A stretch of DNA of 64,000 bases from a virus. Each line of letters starts with the position of its first letter. Position 1 is the first letter of the stretch. This document shows positions 58,101 to 64,000 of the stretch, piece after piece. The notes beneath the pieces were generated by a model. The model did no database searches and was not told the origin of the DNA. It worked only from the letters and a program-made list of their open reading frames with translations. The stretch lies in the IMG/VR virus record IMGVR_UViG_3300045988_146774, positions 64,001-128,000 of that record; one strand, written 5' to 3'. A program made the translations under genes and the position numbers.

Positions 58101-59068
58101 TAATCACTATTATTTGGCGGATCTTCCTTGTACAAAGGAATATAAGGAATATGTAATGGCTTACATAAGTCGTAATACTCAACCATATCATAAATTAACA
58201 TCGTATTGTTAATCCCGGTTTCTACTGCTTCATACCCTAAATACATATCCATATATGAATGAATTTCATCTTCTGACATCATATAAGTTGTTGCGTAAAA
58301 AGAATCTACTTCTCGTTCAACATCCTGCGCCTTCAAAAATGCTGAATGCGCTTTTGCATCTTCTTTTTTTAGATAATGAACATCTGTTGTAATGATGTAA
58401 TTAATACCTGTTTTATCTGATATTTCCTTTATATATTTATTTACAAATACTTGTTCTTCACCATGAGAAGGCTGCATTTCTAAAAAGAAATTTTCTTGAC
58501 CAAATAATCGAACCATTTTCTCAATCCATCTAAAGCACATATCATAATATTTTTCTTCTCCGGTATCTTTATAAAGAAGAAGCATTCTTCCCAAAGTTCC
58601 TCCAATACACGCTGTAGATGCTATCAAATGACCTTTATTTTTACTTACCACTTCAATTAAGTTATTATAATATGTAGGAACTCGCATCATTACATTCATG
58701 AAAGAGTTCTTTGTCCATGCAATATTGGACAAAATACATAGCTGTTCAAAGCCAATTCTATCTTTTGCCAGCAAAATAAAATGAGGAAATATTGAAGGCT
58801 TTTCTCCTTCTGGGACATCCTTACACAAATAAATCTCATTCCCATTAATAACTTTAAAATCTTTCCAATCTTCTTCACTCATTTTGCTAGTAATATATTT
58901 ATTAGCTTTAAGTGAAGAAGAGATTGTTTCATGATTTGTGATTGCAACACCTTTATGTCCTAATTCATGAGCATAGTCAATTAATTCAGTTGTTCTAACC
59001 AAAGCGTCTCTGCCCCTGAAATTACTTCGTTCGTCATGACAATGACATGGAACAAACATCTTCTCCAC
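55160..59068 (-). CDS. dnaE: DNA polymerase III alpha subunit (DnaE-type replicative polymerase)
   Basis: 1302 aa. N-terminal PHP domain (VPCHCHDERSN..TNHE). Palm motif GRGSGVGFILLYMLGITQINPL. HhH and OB regions downstream. Confidence 0.9.
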   Translation of the reverse strand: MEKMFVPCHCHDERSNFRGRDALVRTTELIDYAHELGHKGVAITNHETISSSLKANKYITSKMSEEDWKDFKVINGNEIYLCKDVPEGEKPSIFPHFILLAKDRIGFEQLCILSNIAWTKNSFMNVMMRVPTYYNNLIEVVSKNKGHLIASTACIGGTLGRMLLLYKDTGEEKYYDMCFRWIEKMVRLFGQENFFLEMQPSHGEEQVFVNKYIKEISDKTGINYIITTDVHYLKKEDAKAHSAFLKAQDVEREVDSFYATTYMMSEDEIHSYMDMYLGYEAVETGINNTMLIYDMVEYYDLCKPLHIPYIPLYKEDPPNNSDYYEKVPLLKYFSESKEPSDRHMVSRLLNAFSKDKQFQNQKTYDAVTECLNSIKTSSEKMKVPWSAYLLQIADYVDIAWTKSLVCPGRGSGVGFILLYMLGITQINPLREKTKTYSWRFLNPERASVLDIDVDVCSSKRDEVINAIKDTYGHDRVSKVLTLNTEKSKSAIQTAARGLGINDDIAIYLSSLIISDRGQLRTLTQMYYGDKDYAPDTTFRNEMNKYPELWEVAQKIEGVVNGCGSHAGGVIIVDEPFTKTTALMKTNSGEIITQYDLHECEDVSLIKVDLLATEGLDKINTCLNLLVEYGKIKKYPTLKETYEHCIGIYNLERDNKDMWKMLWNREIMSFFQMEKQSGIQAVALTKPESVDDLATINSVMRLMADDEGESPLEKYARFKKNITEWYNEMDEHGVKPEDQEILKDILSVSCGICEAQEYLILLTMHPKIGGFSLAWGDKLRKAVAKKKPQDFEQLQKEFFQNAKDKHLDENLTNYVWNVLIRTQRGYGFNRSHTLAYSLIGLQELNLCYRYPIIYWNTANLIVDSGSLEGNKKTTNYGKIATAIGKFQNTGTTVEVPDINESGFGFKPEERDNIILFGLKGISGIGDTEAQAIISNRPYTSLNNFLEKIEKYKTLAKENKFGESAVITLIKAGAFDHLENKKREDIMKDYIRQISKPLKTLQIDSIFVLHELGLLTKEQEQYELRLVKFRKYILQSKFLKEKAGKSQNTYFYQLDQQFAEPFFFEHFETNMQEDKDYKYSDDGRILVKRGSIDREFKKLMKSFEENILKKPEMLQAVNENRFVTKWNEKVEGNISKWEMDSLSYYYHEHELAHVNKEEYLISDFSTLPEEPQISEYYVYRGQEKPRFKLTRICGTVLDKDKNKHMVTLLTPSGVVTIKFYKGQFSFYDKQISELNEDGTKTVLEKSWFGRGNKLLVTGYRREEQFVPKKYADSAYRHTLQLITDINEKGELKLQSERIGENDGL

Positions 59069-59080
59069 ACCTCCTAGATT

Positions 59081-60922
59081 CTAAAATAGAAAATCATCGT
59101 CTATTTCAAATAACTTATTATTTGTTTCATCAGGTATATATTCTCTGCTTTCATAATATTTAATCTTTACTTGTGGATATTTATTACCATTCCACTCATT
59201 TACTACAAAATTACCAATAATATTTAATTGCAGTTGTTTTTTATTTTCACCAAGAGTATTTCTATCTCTCAAAGTCATGTTTTCCCATTCATCTTTACTG
59301 CAATATTTTTTTACATAATCTATTCCATTGTAAGTAAACTTAATAAAATTCTTATTGTCTCCGTATCCGATAATATCCTTTGCCGGAATATTAATTCCTG
59401 TAATTGCAAATGTCGGCTCTGGAATTCCTTTCCCCCAAATCTGATAAGATTGAGCTACTTTCATTACTGATAAAGGAATCAATTCATCTGCTGATACTTC
59501 ATAATCTACTTGGTGAATTGTAACTAAATCTTCCAATTTAAGTTTAGAATTACATAAAATAATTGCTTTATTGAGTTCTTCCTTTTTCAAAGAAACTCCA
59601 AAAGCATTAGGATGCCCCATGCATTCAAATACACCTGTCTCTTCTAAAAAAGAATTAAAATTGTCAATGGTTCCTTTATCGTATCCTCGTCCTGACCCAC
59701 CATAATAATCTTTATCTTTAGCTCTTAAGATCACAATTGGTCTCCGGTACTTCTCTGCTAATTTATTCGCCACAAGACCTGTAACTGTTTTCTTATCTAC
59801 TATGTCAGTAGCATCAATAATAATTACACTGTTTTTATCTAATTCTTTTTTTTCAATTTCCTCTTCAAGCTTCTTCATAAAAGACCGAACATCTTTGTCT
59901 TGGCGATTTTTTACATTCGAGCATACTCTAGCCATTGTTTGCTGAAGTGTATGAATTTCAATAGGCGGTTTTGGATCAGAGGCATGTTTTCTTCTTGGCT
60001 GATATTCTCTATCTTCTTTTTCTCCACACAACGCCCTAAACAAATCATCTTGCTCCTCTTTTTTACCATATCGAATTGTACCATTTAATTTAGGTGCAAT
60101 TACCCACCCAATACTTTCCAAAGTAAAGCCCAGTTTCATATCATCGGCATTTCTTTTGGCTAATTCTTGAATTAAAAGATTATGAATATTTTCTTCTTTT
60201 AACCCTTCTAAAGCATAATAACGAGTCTCAAAATTCCTCATATCCATAGAATCAGCAATCATACCTAAAGCAACTAAATCTAAATAATAATTACATACTT
60301 CTTCATTAATGCTATAAGTTTGTGCATAAGCAAGACAAAACTTGTGTACAACACCAACACCTGACAAAGTATTGTTAGGATAATATCCATCAGTACAATT
60401 AATCACCGTTGCATATTTTAATACTTCATTGTCAATTTCATGATGGTCAAGAACTAAAATTGGAACATCATATTTTTCTTTAATTGTTTTAAATACTTGA
60501 ATGGATTCACTGCCGGAACCGGCATCCGGAATAATAATCAGACTTAAATGATCTATGTATGGTTCTATATCTTTTAAAATTAGTCCATGTTCCTTTTGAT
60601 AATTTCCAACACAAACAACTTCTGTTTCTGGAGAAATATCTTCAATAAAACCTTTTATATATGCTGCGGATGTATAACCATCCACATCGGGATCTCTTTT
60701 TATTAAAATTGTTTTCCCTAAATTCTGATGTAAAAGTTCAATTCCTTTCTTCATATTTTTAAAAAGAAAGGGGTCGTAAGTATCATTTTTATTTACATGT
60801 AAGAAACCATAAATATCTTCAATCCCAGCTTGCGTAAGAATAGTTTCTAAAAAATCATTCTCTTTATTAAAATTGCATTTATTTAAAGTTTTCCATAAAA
60901 GTTTTTCGTTAATCAAAATCAC
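59081..60922 (-). CDS. DHH-family phosphoesterase, RecJ-like single-strand DNA exonuclease
   Basis: DPDVDGYTSAA, IIPDAGSGS, VLDHH (DHH motif) and YGGSGRGY (DHHA1-like). Confidence 0.7.
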   Translation of the reverse strand: MILINEKLLWKTLNKCNFNKENDFLETILTQAGIEDIYGFLHVNKNDTYDPFLFKNMKKGIELLHQNLGKTILIKRDPDVDGYTSAAYIKGFIEDISPETEVVCVGNYQKEHGLILKDIEPYIDHLSLIIIPDAGSGSESIQVFKTIKEKYDVPILVLDHHEIDNEVLKYATVINCTDGYYPNNTLSGVGVVHKFCLAYAQTYSINEEVCNYYLDLVALGMIADSMDMRNFETRYYALEGLKEENIHNLLIQELAKRNADDMKLGFTLESIGWVIAPKLNGTIRYGKKEEQDDLFRALCGEKEDREYQPRRKHASDPKPPIEIHTLQQTMARVCSNVKNRQDKDVRSFMKKLEEEIEKKELDKNSVIIIDATDIVDKKTVTGLVANKLAEKYRRPIVILRAKDKDYYGGSGRGYDKGTIDNFNSFLEETGVFECMGHPNAFGVSLKKEELNKAIILCNSKLKLEDLVTIHQVDYEVSADELIPLSVMKVAQSYQIWGKGIPEPTFAITGINIPAKDIIGYGDNKNFIKFTYNGIDYVKKYCSKDEWENMTLRDRNTLGENKKQLQLNIIGNFVVNEWNGNKYPQVKIKYYESREYIPDETNNKLFEIDDDFLF

Positions 60923-62036
60923 CTTCTCTTTCAGTGCTTACTTCTATCTTGTTTTTCATAATTTCCTCTAATACATCTTTTCCCCTATCGAAAGGAGAAT
61001 CTTTTCTTTGAAGCAACCCGTCAAAATCCCAAAGTATATAAGTTCTACAATAAGCTGTAAATTTATATGCAAGGGAATATAAACGTTTTATATACCTAAG
61101 ATATTTCTTATATTCAATATTATCTTCGTCAGCGTTTTCGAAATCAGAAGGCTCGAAATCTTTATCATAACCAAGCATTACTTCTTCAACTCCAAGGCTT
61201 AGTATCATGTCTCGTTGCCAATTTGAAATATTAAATCCGCAAGTTGCAATTACAAAAGCATCATCCCCATAATAATCATGGGCAAGCATTACACTTTTTT
61301 CAGATTCTACAAGCACTACTTTTTTAATTCTCTGGATACCTTTGACATGCATATTTAAACCATAAAGATTGAAATTTAATGAATGGTTGTACTGTATTCC
61401 CTCTATGATTTCAGGCATATATTTGTTATTCTTGTCTTTTTCTTGTAAACTACGTCTACGAATCCCGATAAGATTCCCAGCAATATCATAATGTGGAATT
61501 ATAATATGTTTCTCAGACTCATACCATCTAATATTAAAAGTCTTCATTGTATCAATTGATATTCCTTCGTCAATCCACCCCTGGTAAAAAACGTCATCCT
61601 CAAAATAGTCCAGAATTTTTCCATTGATGGGTGCTAAGTTCTTTACGGTTTTTTGCATTTTTTTGTTTTTTCGCAAAGAGATATATTTATCAATTTTATT
61701 TATTTCCTGTGTCATTTGAGAGATTTTCGTATTAAAGCCATAACGATTATTTATCCCCAATCGTTTAGCCACGAAAAGAATTGATTCTGAAAAATTACAA
61801 TCTAAGACTTTCATTATTAGATTAAATAATGACATTTTACCGCAGTTTGTATAACAGTAAAATGTTTTGGTATTTCTATAGTAACAGAGTTTGTGACTAT
61901 CACCACCATGACATATGGTATTAAACCATATCTCATTTTCTTTAGCAGCCCCATATTGTTCTGCTCCGAATTCTCGTAGTAACTCCAATATCTGATCTTC
62001 AGTTATTGTTTGGATCAAATAATCTTTGTCAATCAT
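60909..62036 (-). CDS. dnaG: DNA primase (zinc finger + Toprim)
   Basis: CHGGDSHKLCYY...FYCYTNCG zinc finger. Toprim acidic motifs VVLVESEKSV and LGYDKD. Confidence 0.7.
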   Translation of the reverse strand: MIDKDYLIQTITEDQILELLREFGAEQYGAAKENEIWFNTICHGGDSHKLCYYRNTKTFYCYTNCGKMSLFNLIMKVLDCNFSESILFVAKRLGINNRYGFNTKISQMTQEINKIDKYISLRKNKKMQKTVKNLAPINGKILDYFEDDVFYQGWIDEGISIDTMKTFNIRWYESEKHIIIPHYDIAGNLIGIRRRSLQEKDKNNKYMPEIIEGIQYNHSLNFNLYGLNMHVKGIQRIKKVVLVESEKSVMLAHDYYGDDAFVIATCGFNISNWQRDMILSLGVEEVMLGYDKDFEPSDFENADEDNIEYKKYLRYIKRLYSLAYKFTAYCRTYILWDFDGLLQRKDSPFDRGKDVLEEIMKNKIEVSTEREGDFD

Positions 62037-62047
62037 TAACTCACCCC

Positions 62048-63670
62048 TTAGAAATTGATTTCGTCATTAGAATTATCTGTAATGACTAATTTATCTAAAG
62101 GTTTTCTACTAGCTGTATTTGAAGCAAAGTCTTCATCATTAACATTAATATAAGTTTTCTCAATGTCTTTAATTAATTTATATTCATAATCTGTTACAAA
62201 CAAATCGTGTACTCGCATAGTCGAATACTCGATGTACATCCAAATTTTAATCTTATTCCATTTACCCCCACGATTTTTATAAAGGGAATAAATTAAATTC
62301 GGAGTAGGTTTATTAATCATTTCACGTAAAATTGGTTCTACTTTTTTTAACTCTTTTTCTGTTGGTGGCATTGCAATTAATGCCCCATCAGCTTTATCAA
62401 TAATTGATTTCGCACCTCTTACAATAGTTTGATCACGATTGGCTTCATTCTTGAAATCTCCTGTAACCTGTGTAAAACTATCAATTGAAACATCAAATTT
62501 ACGTGTGAAATTTTTCAACTTCTTTGAAAGATTTGCTAATACTTGATCTTCTCTCACAACCATTTTAGTTTTAGATTCTGCTGCGAATTCACTATTCAAT
62601 TCTACAGTAGCAGCAATATAATCAAACCATACATATTCAATGTCGTGTTCAAGCTTATGAGTTTCTATAATCTCTTCCAAGGTATTGGCATCATATTCTG
62701 GCACATATTCAAACCAAATATTTGCTTCATGTTCTAGAATATCAATTGCTTTATCTACTCTTTCTTCTTCCCCATCTTCATACATATTGAACTCAATATG
62801 ATCCTGTGGAACATCGGCAATATATGCCCAAAGAATCGGGTCGATTTCTTCAAGTAATTCCATCTCAGTTCCTATGTATAATGCCCCATTATGTTTACCA
62901 TTAGGATTCTCACACCATTTATTTAATGACTTATCGTAGTAATATGGAGCGCAAGCATAACCAATATCTGCAATACTCGTCCTGGTTTTTCCAACCCCAG
63001 TTCCAGCAGATTTTACGTTAAATCTTCGTTTTCTAATTCCATGCAAAGCTGTGGTCAGATAAGAACTTGAATATCCGATTCCCCATGCCGTATCTTGTTT
63101 CCATCGTTCTTTTTGTTCATGACCACCCACACCAGCTTTTTTTGAATCACGACCTTCATTATTTAAAAAGGGAGCTATAATTTCAGAATGCATTCTTTTA
63201 AAATGATTAATGATATCTTGAATAGAACTGTTATCCAATTTCTTTCGCTGATTTTCGATAGTTATTGGATCAATTTCATCTGGATCAAAGAATTCTGACA
63301 CGTCTATACCTTTTTCAACATATCGACGCAATAAAGAGAACTTTTTTAATTGCTCATAATAATATTTAAAGTTACAGGAAAGAGCCATTTCATATGCTTT
63401 TTCAATATAAGAAACCCCTTCATTTTTCGTAAAAACTTGATATTGAGTTTCGTAATTAGATAAATAATCATCAATTGCCACTGCATCTATAGATTCTGCT
63501 CCATTTTTGTACAAATTATTTATTGCGCTGAAAATTAACTTATGAAATTTCTCTGGAAAATCGCTCGTAACAATTTTATATTTTCGAATCAATGAAGGAT
63601 CTTGCAACAAACCACCTATTACTTCTCTAATAGCTTGTTTGTTTGTATAACTATTTACTTTCTTCTTCAA
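62048..63670 (-). CDS. dnaB: replicative DNA helicase (DnaB-like)
   Basis: DnaB-type N-terminus (NKQAIREVIGGLLQDPSL). Walker A SAGTGVGKT. RecA-like C-terminal domain. Confidence 0.75.
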   Translation of the reverse strand: MKKKVNSYTNKQAIREVIGGLLQDPSLIRKYKIVTSDFPEKFHKLIFSAINNLYKNGAESIDAVAIDDYLSNYETQYQVFTKNEGVSYIEKAYEMALSCNFKYYYEQLKKFSLLRRYVEKGIDVSEFFDPDEIDPITIENQRKKLDNSSIQDIINHFKRMHSEIIAPFLNNEGRDSKKAGVGGHEQKERWKQDTAWGIGYSSSYLTTALHGIRKRRFNVKSAGTGVGKTRTSIADIGYACAPYYYDKSLNKWCENPNGKHNGALYIGTEMELLEEIDPILWAYIADVPQDHIEFNMYEDGEEERVDKAIDILEHEANIWFEYVPEYDANTLEEIIETHKLEHDIEYVWFDYIAATVELNSEFAAESKTKMVVREDQVLANLSKKLKNFTRKFDVSIDSFTQVTGDFKNEANRDQTIVRGAKSIIDKADGALIAMPPTEKELKKVEPILREMINKPTPNLIYSLYKNRGGKWNKIKIWMYIEYSTMRVHDLFVTDYEYKLIKDIEKTYINVNDEDFASNTASRKPLDKLVITDNSNDEINF

Positions 63671-63680
63671 TTAAGCCACC

Positions 63681-64000
63681 TCATAAATTTCCGATATCTA
63701 TTAGTGCCAAATCTTTGTAAGTCTTCTTTGCTTTTGTTTTTTTTACTTTTATGATTTTTTTATTTTTTTCTTTATAATCTTTGGCACTATCTTTTACAGC
63801 AAGTCTATCAATATAAAATTTTTTGGCTTCTTCATATACAAAAGGAATGATCCCCACTCCCAAAGAATCAGCAGGATCATTGTGTTCTATTTCATAAAAA
63901 TAATGTAAAGTTGTTTTCATCCCCTTATATGAATAATGAAACTGCTCCTTAAAATCTTTTATTTGTTTTACTATCCATCCTGTAGGTGCATCAATTTGAT
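63681..64000 (-). CDS. hypothetical protein (frame remains open to the window edge; start uncertain)
   Basis: The ORF-track ATG is at 63920, but the same frame (..QIDAPTGWIVKQIKDFKEQFHYSYKG-M..) is open through 63998. The gene may be partial. Confidence 0.4.
   Translation of the reverse strand, partial: QIDAPTGWIVKQIKDFKEQFHYSYKGMKTTLHYFYEIEHNDPADSLGVGIIPFVYEEAKKFYIDRLAVKDSAKDYKEKNKKIIKVKKTKAKKTYKDLALIDIGNL

Overview
This 64-kb window is part of a large, AT-rich tailed-phage genome of the low-GC Gram-positive (Clostridia/Lachnospiraceae-like) type. It contains no chromosomal housekeeping genes, rRNA, tRNA or CRISPR array. The left arm (1-35.7 kb, + strand) holds late genes: a holin-like gene, a RusA-like gene, a giant tail tape-measure (TMP) gene, a distal-tail protein, an SGNH esterase, baseplate/fibre genes with paralog families, a membrane protein and an amidase endolysin. 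The right arm (35.7-64 kb, - strand) holds a tyrosine integrase with a repeat-rich control region, followed by early genes. These include dUTPase, NrdD/NrdG, guanylate-kinase-like, HPr/Crh-like, NAD-ligase, ThyX-like, HicB-like, FolD, RecD2-like helicase, DnaE-type polymerase, RecJ-like DHH exonuclease, primase and DnaB-like helicase. The main result is that the TMP gene is split into four exons by three group I introns. Each is supported by P1/P10 pairings, a terminal G and conserved core elements that I could read directly. Introns 1 and 3 carry zinc-ribbon plus Vsr-like/PD-(D/E)xK homing-endonuclease ORFs. Intron 2 has a complete ORF-less core, but about 4 kb of mostly antisense accessory genes separate it from its predicted 3' splice site. 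That island contains a type III toxin-antitoxin locus (tandem ~45-nt repeats, terminator, ToxN/AbiQ-like ORF), a receiver-less Spo0A C-terminal domain protein, a DUF4145 protein, zinc-ribbon genes and an inverted-repeat-flanked mini-ORF. Other notable signals are three tandem paralogs with promoter-proximal tetranucleotide microsatellites and a small tail-module gene with an in-frame TGA followed by a hairpin. All functional calls rest on motifs read by eye and recalled family signatures. No database search was run.
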